A stretch of 63,308 nt of DNA, filler included, from Nitrospinota bacterium (GCA_030620925.1; 13 parts of 13 records of this genome joined end to end with filler, not necessarily neighbours in it); one strand, 5' to 3'; positions 1 to 10,140 are shown, numbered from the whole stretch's first letter. A program made the numbers and translations. Notes: a model not told the origin generated them from the sequence alone.

Positions 1-375
1 CTTCGTTTTGTCGGGCGGGTATTCGCGGCGGTAATATTCGTCGAACTGGAACTTGGAATCGTAGATGAAAGGACGCCAGTGGAAGTCTCCCTGCGCGTCC
101 ACCATCCGAACCCGCACGGGCGGGAGGTAGGACTTGGTGCGGTCCTCGCTGTCGAAACCGTAGGGCGCGATAAAATCGGCGAAGAGTGCCAGGGCGTAGA
201 GCACTATCAGGATTATACCCGCGGAGACAGCCAGTCGGTGGCGCACGAGCTTCACCCAGGCGATCTCCCAGGGGCTGCGGGGTTTCCGCTCTTGTAGAGA
301 CAATTCACGAATTGTCTCATGTCCCGCGCCGCGGGATGTCTCTACATTATTATCTGTATTATCTGTACGTGGCAT
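1..375 (-). CDS. Peptide/nickel ABC transporter permease, OppC/DppC family (3' end runs off window)
   Basis: Not in the ORF track. Manual translation from an ATG overlapping the upstream stop (TAATG): MPRTDN...RSPWEIAWVKLVRHRLAVSAGIILIVLYALALFADFIAPY, a typical OppC N-terminus. Confidence 0.88.
   Translation of the reverse strand, partial: MPRTDNTDNNVETSRGAGHETIRELSLQERKPRSPWEIAWVKLVRHRLAVSAGIILIVLYALALFADFIAPYGFDSEDRTKSYLPPVRVRMVDAQGDFHWRPFIYDSKFQFDEYYRREYPPDKTK
293..346. repeat. GTAG-type REP-like palindromic element inside the oppC-like coding sequence
   Basis: TGTAGAGACA...TGTCTCTACA is a perfect 10-bp terminal inverted repeat enclosing two hairpins (GAGACAATTC/GAATTGTCTC and TCCCGCG/CGCGGGA); total 54 bp. 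Confidence 0.75.
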
Positions 376-1355
376 TATCGGGTCTCCAGTTGCGCGAACT
401 GGACTCTGGGGTCCGACCAGGCCAGCAGTATATCCGCCACCATGTTCCCCGCGATGAGCAGGAAACCGCCCACCATCATACCTGCCATTACGAGATAGAT
501 GTCCTGGCTGCGCACGGCGGAGAGGAGCAGGGAGCCCATGCCCGGCCAGCTTACGATTATCTCGGTGAGTGCGGCCCCGCTGAGGAGGCCGGACAGCGTG
601 TAGCCGAAGCTGGTTATCATGGGGTTTATGGCGTTGCGCAGTGCATGCCGGTAGATGACCCTGCTCTCAGGCAGTCCCTTGCTGCGGGCGGTGGTCACGT
701 AGTCGGCCCGTAAAACTTCCAGCATGTTGCCGCGCATGATGCGCTGAAGACCGGCCATCGAGCCGGTGCCGATGACCACCGTGGGTATTGCCAGGTGTTT
801 GAGCAGGTCGAGGCCCTTGCCCAGCATGCTCAGCTCATCGTAGTTAGATGAGAACATCCCCCCGATGGGCAGCAATCCGGAGAGGTAGGCCAGGTAGAGC
901 AACAGCAGGGCGAAGAAGAAGTTGGGGATGGACAACCCGAAAAAGGCCAGGAACGAGAAAAATTTGTCACCCCAGGAATACTGGTGCACGGCGCTGTAGA
1001 TACCTATGGGGATGGCGATGAGCCAGGTAAACAGGATGGCGGAGATGGAGAGGATGAGGGTGTTCCTGGCCCTGGGGATGAGCAGTTCGGTGACTTTACG
1101 CTTGTGCTCGAAGGAGAAGCCGAAATCGAGCTTCAGCATACTCCCCAGCCAGTATCTATACTGCACTATGGGATGTTCGTTGAGGTGGTATTCCTCTTCA
1201 TATTTTTTTATGGTCTCGGGGGAGATGAGGGGGTCCAGCTTTAGTCTGTCGAAATAGTCGCCGGGGGCCATCTGGATGAACATGAAGGTCACGAAGGACA
1301 TGGCTAAGAGCAGCGGGATCGAGTATATCAGCCGCCTGATGATGAATATTTTCAT
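375..1355 (-). CDS. Peptide ABC transporter permease, OppB/DppB family
   Basis: MKIFIIRRL start, multiple TM segments, EAA-loop motif DYVTTARSKGLPESRVIYRHALRNA, WPGMG motif. Confidence 0.95.
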   Translation of the reverse strand: MKIFIIRRLIYSIPLLLAMSFVTFMFIQMAPGDYFDRLKLDPLISPETIKKYEEEYHLNEHPIVQYRYWLGSMLKLDFGFSFEHKRKVTELLIPRARNTLILSISAILFTWLIAIPIGIYSAVHQYSWGDKFFSFLAFFGLSIPNFFFALLLLYLAYLSGLLPIGGMFSSNYDELSMLGKGLDLLKHLAIPTVVIGTGSMAGLQRIMRGNMLEVLRADYVTTARSKGLPESRVIYRHALRNAINPMITSFGYTLSGLLSGAALTEIIVSWPGMGSLLLSAVRSQDIYLVMAGMMVGGFLLIAGNMVADILLAWSDPRVQFAQLETR

Positions 1356-1389
1356 TTCGTGTGGTTATTAACCTTTTTTTAGCTTTTTT

Positions 1390-1518
1390 GGGGGGAACCT
1401 TTCTGTATAAAGGTTCCCCCCAATCCCCCTCCAAAGACTTTTGTGTTTGATAGAGGGGTTTGCAAAAAAGTTTTAGGAGAGAGTCTGAGGGAACACTTTT
1501 ACAAAAGGGTTCCCTCAG
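1390..1518. repeat. Pair of intergenic palindromes (GGGAAC...GTTCCC family)
   Basis: GGGGGGAACCT/AGGTTCCCCCC at 1390-1421 and CTGAGGGAAC/GTTCCCTCAG at 1485-1518; a related degenerate sequence lies at about 57856-57895. Confidence 0.6.
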
Positions 1519-1547
1519 TTTTTTTATTTTACTATTCTACCTCTTAA

Positions 1548-3296
1548 TTATTTAACGAAGATTTCCTCCAGGTTGTGGAAGGCTCCGCCGTAAGCGGTGG
1601 GGTACACGTTGCCGAACTTGTTGCGCACCGCGTGCAGGGAAGCGGGGAGCACGGTATATATGACCGGAAGCTGTTCGGAGACTATTTGCTGCCATTCGTC
1701 GTAGAGTTTTTTGCGTTTTTTATCGTCCAGCTCCTGAACGGCCTGATCGTATATCTCGTCGATGCGTTTTTCCCAGGAGGTGGCGGGCTTTTTCTGAAGG
1801 GGGTACCACATGTGCAGGTGGCCTCTGCTGTGCCATACGTTTATGCCGAAGTGAGGTTCGATACCGCCGGTGAGCCCTATTATTATTGCGTCCCACTGGT
1901 AGTTGGCGGAGAGTTTTGAAACCAGGTTGTTGAACTCCAGCGAGGTGAAGTTGACTTTCATTCCCGCGTTTTCCAAGTCTTTCCTGATTATACCCGCCAG
2001 CTTGATACGCACCGTGTTTTCTGAGTTGGTGAACAGGTTGAACTCCAGTTTATTGCCCTCCGAATCTTCCAGTATGCCGTCTCCATTAGTGTCCCTGAAC
2101 CCCGCTTCTTTGAGAATGTCCCTGGATTTCTGCGGGTTGTAGTCGTAAGTTCTGACTTTCCCGTTATAGAATTTCTTGGCCCCGGGGCTCATAGCCGCCA
2201 GTTGGGGGAAAGCCAGCCCGTTCATCACTATGTTTATTATGGATTGCTTGTCGATGGCGTGGGCCACGGCGCGGCGGAAACGGACGTCGGTGAACCATTT
2301 GAGCTTGTGGGGGGCGAGGAAGGGTTTGCCTGTCTTCGGGTCTCGGCCGGGGTTCTGGTTGAAGATTATGAAACTGGTGCCGAAAGCGGGCCCCACGTTA
2401 TATACGGTAAAGTTGCCGCGCCGCTCCTCCGGTTTGAGGATAGGGTAATCGATGCCGCGCATACCCAGGTAATCTATCTCTTTAGACTGGAATTTGAGCA
2501 GCGCCACATCCTGATTCTGAACCACGGTGTAGACGATTTTATTAATATAGGGGAGGGGATTCGATTCAGCGTCCTTCATCCAGTAGAGGGGGTTCTTTTT
2601 AAGAACCACCTTCTGGGCGGGCACGTACTGTTCGAGCATGAAGAGGCCGGTGCCCACTATCTTTGCCGGCGGGGTGTTGACGCCCCAGTGATTGTTGAAC
2701 TTGCCTTCGTCGACGATCTTCTCCAGGACGTGCCGGGGGAGTATATTCTGCCCCAGGGAGCGGAGGAAAGGGGTGAACTTGAAGGGGAGCGTGAAGCGCA
2801 CGGTATATTTATCTATCTTTTGCACCTCTATCTCTTTTCCTTCGATGGTGAATATATCCCCGGCGCTTGAGGGAATGTCTTTGTTGTATATGAGCCTGCG
2901 GAAGGTGAACACCACGTCGTCGGCGGTGAACGGCCGGCCGTCGTTCCATTTGACATCGCGCCGGAGATGAAACGTCCAGGTTTTGCCGTCCTCGCTTATC
3001 TCCCATGATTCGGCCAGGGCGGGCTCTACCTCGGTGGTGATGCCGTCGGTGCGGGTGAGGCCCTCGAAGATGAGGCCGGTGATGCTGGTGGTGCTGGTTT
3101 CCTTGGCCAGGATGGGGTTGAACGACTTGGGGGGGGATATGGTCACAAATAAGATTTTCCCGCCCGGTTTCCCCACCTGGGGGCGGTAGCTGTTCACTTC
3201 CTTTTCAGCGCTTAAAGCCGGTGTGGAGATAAAGGCAGTGGCGGAGACGATTATGAGAGCTATGATAGCTGTTTGCCTGATCCTGATTCCACGCAT
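1548..3296 (-). CDS. ABC transporter substrate-binding protein, family 5 (OppA/AppA-like)
   Basis: Signal peptide; family-5 signature LAESWEISEDGKTWTFHLRRDVKWNDGRPFTADDVVFT; first gene of an A-B-C operon. Confidence 0.95.
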   Translation of the reverse strand: MRGIRIRQTAIIALIIVSATAFISTPALSAEKEVNSYRPQVGKPGGKILFVTISPPKSFNPILAKETSTTSITGLIFEGLTRTDGITTEVEPALAESWEISEDGKTWTFHLRRDVKWNDGRPFTADDVVFTFRRLIYNKDIPSSAGDIFTIEGKEIEVQKIDKYTVRFTLPFKFTPFLRSLGQNILPRHVLEKIVDEGKFNNHWGVNTPPAKIVGTGLFMLEQYVPAQKVVLKKNPLYWMKDAESNPLPYINKIVYTVVQNQDVALLKFQSKEIDYLGMRGIDYPILKPEERRGNFTVYNVGPAFGTSFIIFNQNPGRDPKTGKPFLAPHKLKWFTDVRFRRAVAHAIDKQSIINIVMNGLAFPQLAAMSPGAKKFYNGKVRTYDYNPQKSRDILKEAGFRDTNGDGILEDSEGNKLEFNLFTNSENTVRIKLAGIIRKDLENAGMKVNFTSLEFNNLVSKLSANYQWDAIIIGLTGGIEPHFGINVWHSRGHLHMWYPLQKKPATSWEKRIDEIYDQAVQELDDKKRKKLYDEWQQIVSEQLPVIYTVLPASLHAVRNKFGNVYPTAYGGAFHNLEEIFVK

Positions 3297-3527
3297 TAGG
3301 GTTCCTTTTTATAGGGTTTTATTATTATTGACGTTTATTGGTATTACAAAATTTTGTATCACGCCGACGGAATTTCAACATTTTAATTTACTATAGTCAA
3401 GCGCGGAATTGACGCCGGCTTTTTGTTTTGACTTTTAGCGGTGAACTACATACCATGTTGCCTGTCGTTTTACCGGTTTTAAAGTATGAATTTTATGAAG
3501 AAGGTGCACCACCGGAAGGATAGGAGA

Positions 3528-4126
3528 GTGGACCGGAGCGTTTTCAAAGAAGTGAAGCTGGAGGACCTGACCATGCCCTCCGGCTACAGCCTCAACGAGG
3601 CCGGCCTGATTCTTTACACTGCTGAGGAGAACCGGTTCAGTGATGAATGCCGCCGCTACGCCATCGAGGAGTTGTCTCCACTGGCCGACGAGCTGCAGCG
3701 CACCAAGCAGGAGCTGGAGAAGAAGGATGCGCCCCTGGAAGAATTCAGGAAGCGCCTTCAGGAGAGCTGCCTGAAAATAGCGGGCAGCATGGCGGGAAAA
3801 GGTTATTCGGGCCTCATATTCCCCGAAGAGTACGGCGGGGCGGGACGGGGCGCCGTGGATTTGGCCATAATGCTGGAAGAATTTTCCGCAGAGGCTTACG
3901 GAGGCACGGGGTTTTACGATAACACCGTGTTCGGCGTCGTACCCATCTGGAAGTTCGGAACCGATGAGCAGAGGGAGCGCTTCCTGAAACCGGCCATCAG
4001 GGGTGAGAAAATCTCCGCCATCGGCATCACGGAGCCCCAGGCCGGCTCCGACGCGGCGCGCGTAAGGACCAGCGCGGTGAGAGACGGCGATAATTACGTC
4101 CTTAACGGCATAAAACGTTTCATCAC
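3528..4126 (+). CDS. Acyl-CoA dehydrogenase (3' truncated by contig end)
   Basis: PEEYGGAG, GITEPQAGSD and LNGIKRFI motifs. GTG start at 3528 follows AGGAGA; the ORF track starts it at 3486. Confidence 0.9.
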
Positions 4127-4226
4127 NNNNNNNNNNNNNNNNNNNNNNNNNNNNNNNNNNNNNNNNNNNNTTAATTAATTAANNNNNNNNNNNNNNNNNN
4201 NNNNNNNNNNNNNNNNNNNNNNNNNN
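4127..4226. other. Artificial contig linker N44-TTAATTAATTAA-N44 (first of 12)
   Basis: Identical linkers also at 9985-10084, 18656-18755, 21962-22061, 26195-26294, 32204-32303, 35844-35943, 46694-46793, 51279-51378, 54214-54313, 57364-57463 and 60575-60674. The core places stops in all six frames, and genes are cut at the linkers. Confidence 0.98.
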
Positions 4227-5061
4227 AGCTACCTACCTTGGCTATGGGATCACCCCGTTTCACCTTTTTCCCCCTTTTCACCAGAATCCTGGCATTATGG
4301 GCGTATCTGGTAACGTAGCCGTTACTATGGTTTATCTCCAAAACCCGGCCGTACCCCCTCTTCCTGCCCACATAGGTTACGGTGCCGTCGCCGGGGGCTC
4401 TTACTATGTTGCCATAATGGCTGGCGATATCAATCCCCTCGTGGAACTGGCGCCTGCCGGTAAAAGGTGATACTCGATAACCGAATCCTGAAGAAATCCA
4501 TCCACGGGTAGGCCATATAGAAGGAGTAGAAAAAATGACGTCTGACTTTTCGGAAAAAAACTCGATCGTTCTCAGGAAGTTCTCTTCCTGCCTCGTGGCC
4601 TTAGAGCTTAATTCGGTTATATCCCCCTCTAATACATCGAGAAAACTTTGCTTCTCCTTTTCCAAAACGCTCTTCTTTTCTTCTGCAGTCGCCTCGTCCG
4701 GACCTCCTACACCGGATTTTCCCACTTCCATTTTAATTTCTTTAATAGTTTTCAGGCCGGCGAAACTCCTCATCTTATTGCCGAATTCAGACAACCGAGA
4801 GAGGGTTTCTTCCACTTCTTCCATCTCCGCCCTCAATTCCGCCATCTTTCTCAATTGGTGCTTCACTTCCCCCAGCAACCGGTGGCCTTGTTGGTAATCT
4901 TCTATTGACGCGATATGGTTCTGCAACAGGAAGAAGAAACCCACTACGAGAAGCCCCAGCAAAACTAAACCAGCCGAGATAAGGAATCGCGGTATAACGA
5001 CCTTGCGAAATTTGCTGGAAGAATCAGGAACGATAAGAATGGTATAAGACTTTTCAGCCAT
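4227..5061 (-). CDS. M23 family metallopeptidase (3' truncated)
   Basis: N-terminal TM and coiled coil; PSIWPTRGWISSGFGYR, HEGIDIA and YAH motifs. Confidence 0.93.
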
Positions 5062-5178
5062 TTAAACCCCCTAAAAATGACTATAAAGTACCATAGAGAT
5101 ATTATAACATTTCAGCATATGCAACTCAATAATTATTCAATAACAAGTTAGTCCTGCATTCTCAATCAATGAGACTAT

Positions 5179-5643
5179 TTAATCCTCCCCATCACCGAGC
5201 TCCAGGATTACGGCCTCTTCATCGCATTCCGGGAACTTTACGCACTTAAGGCAGTCCTGCCACACTTTTTGCGGTAACAGCGACTTATCAACCCTTTTAA
5301 AACCCAACTTTTCGAAAAATCCAGGTTCATAGGTCAGAGCGAAAACCCTGCCTATGGAGAGTTCCTCCGCTTCCTCAAGGCAAGCTCTCGCCAACTTCAG
5401 CCCAATACCTCGCTTATTTTGTTCTTCTTTCACCGCCAGGGAACGTATCTCTGCCAGGTTCTCCCAGTTAATATGCAGGGCACAAACGCCCATTATTTCA
5501 TGATTTTCTTCAAAAACGTAAAAATCCCGCACACTCTCATACAGCTCATTCAGAGAGCGTGGTAGCATTAACCCTAGCTGCGCATAATTATTTACCAGGG
5601 TCTGAATCTGTTTAACGTCTCCTATTTTCGCTTTTCTCAGCAT
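5179..5643 (-). CDS. argA: GNAT N-acetyltransferase, short ArgA (amino-acid N-acetyltransferase) type
   Basis: MLRKAKIGDV, MLPRSLNELYE, LAEIRSLAV and LPQKVWQDCLKC motifs. Start set at ATG 5643; the ORF-track extension is AT-rich intergenic sequence. Confidence 0.8.
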   Translation of the reverse strand: MLRKAKIGDVKQIQTLVNNYAQLGLMLPRSLNELYESVRDFYVFEENHEIMGVCALHINWENLAEIRSLAVKEEQNKRGIGLKLARACLEEAEELSIGRVFALTYEPGFFEKLGFKRVDKSLLPQKVWQDCLKCVKFPECDEEAVILELGDGED

Positions 5644-5887
5644 ACTGCTATAATCCACCATGAAAAGTAGACTAAAACAGTATAGCAGATAAATATATCT
5701 CTGCTCAATTATATATATCGGATAAAAAGCCCTTGAAGATAAGGAGTTGACATCTGATAATATATTAATCTTTGTTTTCAGGGCGGTTTCGGGGAAAATA
5801 TAGAGTTCGCCGGCCTCCAAAGTATTGTATGATAGATGGAAAGATACGGGGCTATATTAATGGGATTAAAGAGGAGAAAAGGAGAAA

Positions 5888-6250
5888 ATGGCAAAAAAAA
5901 GATACATAATTGAATTGGGAACTGGATTGGACCTTCATGGCCAGGATTATACGGAAGCCGCAAAACGGGCAGTGAGAAACGCAATATCGGACCAATGCCT
6001 GTGTGGATTGAGCGAGATCATGGAGCTTAAAGACCCGTCTAAGATGCTGGTAGACGTCACCATAGCCGCCTCCGAACCGGAGAAGGTAGATTCGGAAGCC
6101 GTGCTGGAGGTATTGCCATTCGGGGAAAAAACCATCAACGTAGTCAATGGGGGAATGTCCGTTCCGGGGATGCTGGTGGAATCGTTGGGTGACAAAACGG
6201 ATGCAATAGTAGTAGTCAATGCAGCGGTTACCGTATCGCTGGATATATAG
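5888..6250 (+). CDS. Lin0512 family protein
   Basis: IIELGTGLDLHGQDYTEAAKRAVRNAI, LPFG and VVVNAAVTV are characteristic of the family; RBS AAGGAG. Confidence 0.85.
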   Translation: MAKKRYIIELGTGLDLHGQDYTEAAKRAVRNAISDQCLCGLSEIMELKDPSKMLVDVTIAASEPEKVDSEAVLEVLPFGEKTINVVNGGMSVPGMLVESLGDKTDAIVVVNAAVTVSLDI

Positions 6251-6364
6251 CCCTTCAGTTCGATTATTGATTTCCAAGACCTGAAAAAATATATTGATGC
6301 TTGAATCTGAATAAAAATATGTATAATCCTCAATAATAGAAGCCTTTGAGCTGCGGAGGTCTAA

Positions 6365-8746
6365 GTGACGGTTTCAGACGACAAAGCTGTTGTGGAAATA
6401 CCGATAGAGCTTCCCCTCATCCCGGTGAGGGATGCAGTAGTCTACCCAGACATCAACGTCCCTATAATAGTGGCGCGTGAAGAAACAGTGGCCACAGTGG
6501 AAGAAGCCATAAAGACGGACAGGTATATTTTTCTGGTTTCCCAAATGGACCCTTCCGAAGAGCACCCTGATCCCCAAACAATATATAAAACCGGCACGGT
6601 GGTCAGTATCCTGAAGCATATGAAACTTCCGGACGGCAGAGTGCAGATTCTGGTGGAAGGGCTGCATAAGGCGGCCATAGAGGAGTACCTCCAGGTTAAG
6701 CCCTTTTTCAAGGTACGGGTGCGGCCTATTCCGGATGTCGAAGTGGATGTCTCCACCTCCCGAGAGGCCAAGACCCTCATAAGGGAGGTCAAGAAGAAGA
6801 TAAAAAAACTGCTTCCCCTGAAGAATCTGCCCCCGGAAATCGCTTCTATCGCAAACAGTATCCAGAGTCCCGGCAAACTGGCGGATATGGTGGCCTCAAA
6901 CCTCAAGCTAAAAATATCCGAAGCTCAAGCCATCTTCGAAACTCACCAACCCATAGATCGGTTGAGAAAAATAGACAACCTCCTGACCCAGGAGTTGGAG
7001 GTTGCCTCCATGCAGGCCCAGATGCAATCCGGAGTGAGCGAGGAAACAAACCGATCGCAACGGGAATACTTCCTGCGCCAACAGATGGAAGCCGTAATGG
7101 AGGAGCTGGGAGAGGTGGACGAGCGGCTGGAGGAAATTAACGAATACCGAAAAAAAATCCGCAAGGCCCGTATGCCCGCCCTCGCCCATCGGGAAGCCAT
7201 GAGACAGCTGGCTCGACTGGAGAAGATGCACCAGGATACCGCCGAATCCGCCGTGGTGAGGACCTATCTCGACTGGATGGTAGAGCTGCCCTGGAAGCAG
7301 GGCACCGTGGACAATCTGGACCTGGGCAAAGCCCGCCAGATTCTGGATGAAGACCACTACGGTCTTGAAAATATCAAGGAACGAATCCTGGAATACCTGG
7401 CCATCCGTAAACTCAGAAAGAAAATGAAAGGACCCATACTCTGCTTCATCGGCCCTCCCGGGGTCGGCAAAACATCCCTGGGGAGATCAATCGCCCGTGC
7501 ACTGGGAAGAAAATTTGTGCGCATCTCACTCGGCGGAGTGCGGGACGAAGCTGAAATCCGCGGCCACCGCCGAACTTACGTGGGCGCGCTGCCGGGCAGG
7601 ATAATCCAGGGTATCAAGGAGGCCGGGGTAAACAACCCCGTCTTCATGATCGACGAAATAGACAAGTTGGGCACCGACTTTCGTGGAGACCCCTCGTCGG
7701 CCCTGCTGGAAGTGCTGGACCCTGAACAGAACTCAAACTTCAGCGACCACTACCTGAATCTCACCTTCGACCTCTCAAACGTCATGTTCATCTGCACCGG
7801 CAACATGGAAGACGGTATCCTGCCCTCCCTCAGGGACCGTATGGAGATCATCCAACTCTCCGGCTACACCCAGGAAGAAAAACTCAAAATCGCCAACCAG
7901 TACCTCATCCCCCGGCAGGAGGAAGGAAACGGTCTTACCCATTCGGACGTCATCTTCTCCCAGAACTCTCTGAGACTAATAATTTCACAATACACCAAAG
8001 AAGCGGGTTTGAGGAATCTGGAGAGGGAACTGGCTTCTCTGTGCAGGAAGGTAGCAAGGAAAAAGGCCGAGGGGTCCAAAAAGCTTGTAAAGATTTCAGG
8101 GGCAAATCTTCATAACTTCCTGGGCGCTCCCCGCTTTCTCACGGAAAAGGAGCGGAAAAATGATGAAGTGGGAGTAGCCACCGGCTTGGCCTGGACACAG
8201 GTGGGCGGGGAAACGCTTAACATCGAAGCCGCCATAGTGGCCGGCAGCGGCAAGCTCACCCTCACCGGACAGTTGGGAGAGGTGATGCGCGAATCGGCTC
8301 AGGCCGCCCTTAGCTATACCCGAACGCGCACTAAAAAATTCGGCCTCACCGATGATTTCTACACTACAAGCGATATTCACATACACGTGCCTGCAGGGGC
8401 TGTCCCTAAGGACGGTCCCTCCGCCGGAGTAACCATGGCGGCTGCACTGGTCTCCGCGCTGACCAATACTCCGATCAACAAAGACATCGCCATGACCGGC
8501 GAAATCACCCTCCGGGGCAGAGTCCTGCCGGTGGGAGGTCTGAAAGAGAAAACATTGGCCGCTCTGCGCTCAAGTATCGGCACTATAATCATCCCGGAGA
8601 AAAACAAAAAAGACCTGGCCGAAATACCAATGCATATACGCCGTAAGGTAAAATATATTTACGCAAGCACCATGGACGACATTCTGCCCCTAGTGATGAA
8701 AAAGAGTGACAGCGCCCAAAAGAAGGGTCCCCTGAAGCACTCTTGA
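6365..8746 (+). CDS. lon: ATP-dependent Lon protease
   Basis: LON N-domain, Walker A GPPGVGKT, IDEIDK, catalytic PKDGPSAG and GGLKEK. Confidence 0.97.
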   Translation: MTVSDDKAVVEIPIELPLIPVRDAVVYPDINVPIIVAREETVATVEEAIKTDRYIFLVSQMDPSEEHPDPQTIYKTGTVVSILKHMKLPDGRVQILVEGLHKAAIEEYLQVKPFFKVRVRPIPDVEVDVSTSREAKTLIREVKKKIKKLLPLKNLPPEIASIANSIQSPGKLADMVASNLKLKISEAQAIFETHQPIDRLRKIDNLLTQELEVASMQAQMQSGVSEETNRSQREYFLRQQMEAVMEELGEVDERLEEINEYRKKIRKARMPALAHREAMRQLARLEKMHQDTAESAVVRTYLDWMVELPWKQGTVDNLDLGKARQILDEDHYGLENIKERILEYLAIRKLRKKMKGPILCFIGPPGVGKTSLGRSIARALGRKFVRISLGGVRDEAEIRGHRRTYVGALPGRIIQGIKEAGVNNPVFMIDEIDKLGTDFRGDPSSALLEVLDPEQNSNFSDHYLNLTFDLSNVMFICTGNMEDGILPSLRDRMEIIQLSGYTQEEKLKIANQYLIPRQEEGNGLTHSDVIFSQNSLRLIISQYTKEAGLRNLERELASLCRKVARKKAEGSKKLVKISGANLHNFLGAPRFLTEKERKNDEVGVATGLAWTQVGGETLNIEAAIVAGSGKLTLTGQLGEVMRESAQAALSYTRTRTKKFGLTDDFYTTSDIHIHVPAGAVPKDGPSAGVTMAAALVSALTNTPINKDIAMTGEITLRGRVLPVGGLKEKTLAALRSSIGTIIIPEKNKKDLAEIPMHIRRKVKYIYASTMDDILPLVMKKSDSAQKKGPLKHS

Positions 8747-8789
8747 GATCGAACCGACGCGCCGGAACGCTTAAAGCACACCCTGTAAA

Positions 8790-8822
8790 AAAAGGCCCCC
8801 TCCGCACTGGAGAGGGCCCTTA
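8790..8822. terminator. Likely bidirectional intrinsic terminator between convergent genes
   Basis: AAAGGCCCCCTCC-loop-GGAGAGGGCCCTT hairpin preceded by an A-run. Confidence 0.55.
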
Positions 8823-8847
8823 ACATCTCGATCAAAGGAAGCCTGTT

Positions 8848-9546
8848 TCAATCTTCTTTTCCAACATGGCAGGCCTGGAGACAGAGCCCGCAATTGTGCT
8901 TCCTGCCCATCACCGGAACAAAATCCAATCGCTTTTCATTGCAGACATCAGCAGCAATCAGCTCTTCTCTCCCCACCCCGCGCTCCCAATTGACGTTATG
9001 GACCGCGCCGTACGGACAGGCTTCCACGCAAAGGGTGCACTCGCCGCACCGGTCGCTGATCATCGGCTCCGCCGTCTCAAAACCTGCATCGGTCAGCACA
9101 GTACCCAACTTGATTCCAGGCCCGTATTCCGGGGTAACCAGCAAGGCGCACTTGCCGACCCATCCCATGCCTGCGCAGGTGGCGGCCGTCTTGTGGGCAA
9201 AGGTCCTGACCTCCCGGAGCTGTTCCTTACTCTTTACAGGAACGTTAAGGGGTATGGTCTCATACTGATAACCCCAACCGGACAACAGGTCTTCGGTAAT
9301 GCTCATCAATTGTTCCATCCGGACGTTTAACCTCTGGAGGTGATCGTGAAACGATGCCTCACCGAGGTGGAGGTTCTCAACGACCTTTTCGTCGTAGCTC
9401 AGGGCCAAAGAAACAGCCACGGGAAAATTATCCGTCAAATCCGATTCAGCAACCGAAACGTCACCGAAACCTATCAACGACGCCCCATTCTCCCTCAACC
9501 TATTTACCAAAATCTCCTGCCGTTCGCCTGTGCAACCCATTAACAA
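8848..9546 (-). CDS. QueG-like (epoxyqueuosine reductase family) 4Fe-4S protein
   Basis: HKTAATCAGMGWVGK, TPEYGP, VLTD, CxxCxxCxxxCP (CGECTLCVEACP) and C-terminal CGLCLQAC. Confidence 0.8.
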   Translation of the reverse strand: MLMGCTGERQEILVNRLRENGASLIGFGDVSVAESDLTDNFPVAVSLALSYDEKVVENLHLGEASFHDHLQRLNVRMEQLMSITEDLLSGWGYQYETIPLNVPVKSKEQLREVRTFAHKTAATCAGMGWVGKCALLVTPEYGPGIKLGTVLTDAGFETAEPMISDRCGECTLCVEACPYGAVHNVNWERGVGREELIAADVCNEKRLDFVPVMGRKHNCGLCLQACHVGKED

Positions 9547-9590
9547 TCTTTCCTTATTGCGCTGCGGTCAGCTAAATATAAAAAATAAAA

Positions 9591-9984
9591 AAGGGCGAGC
9601 AGCGGGCCGCCCCTACGAGAAATTGCTGGGGGCGTTGAGTGTCGTAGGGGCAACCGTCACGCGGCAGGCGGGATTGCCCGTCATCGGTATTTATATTATT
9701 TGGGCAGGCACATGGGCCTGCCCCTACCCAGCATCATGTCATTCTGAGCGAAGCGAAGAATCTCGCCTGCCCTGGCAAACCCGCTTTTTTTTGTGCTTTT
9801 TAAAAACCCCTTCACTTTTTTCCCTTTAGCGATACGCCTCATGGAAAGAGGCACTCGGTAGCCAAAATATGCGAGATTCTTCGCTTCGCTCAGAATGACA
9901 GTAGCCAGAGGGTGTGTTTATCTTTAATGGTTGTCCCTACAATTGATTGGCTAGGCCATCAAACTCCTGTAGTCCCGCGGAACG
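9591..9984. repeat. Cluster of GTAG-type REP-like palindromes
   Basis: GGGCG...CGCCCCTAC, GTAGGGGCAACC, GGGCAGGC...GCCTGCCCCTAC and GGTTGTCCCTAC; similar motifs at 29571-29745 and 55440-55498. Confidence 0.75.
9737..9900. repeat. 164-bp element with perfect 30-bp terminal inverted repeats (MITE/REPIN-like)
   Basis: TGTCATTCTGAGCGAAGCGAAGAATCTCGC (9737-9766) is the exact reverse complement of 9871-9900; a further 28/30 copy is at 29811-29840. Confidence 0.85.
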
Positions 9985-10140
9985 NNNNNNNNNNNNNNNN
10001 NNNNNNNNNNNNNNNNNNNNNNNNNNNNTTAATTAATTAANNNNNNNNNNNNNNNNNNNNNNNNNNNNNNNNNNNNNNNNNNNNCGGCGTTTATGCGCTG
10101 TTCGCCTGCGTAAATCCATCGATTTCAGAGGAGAAGAAAA

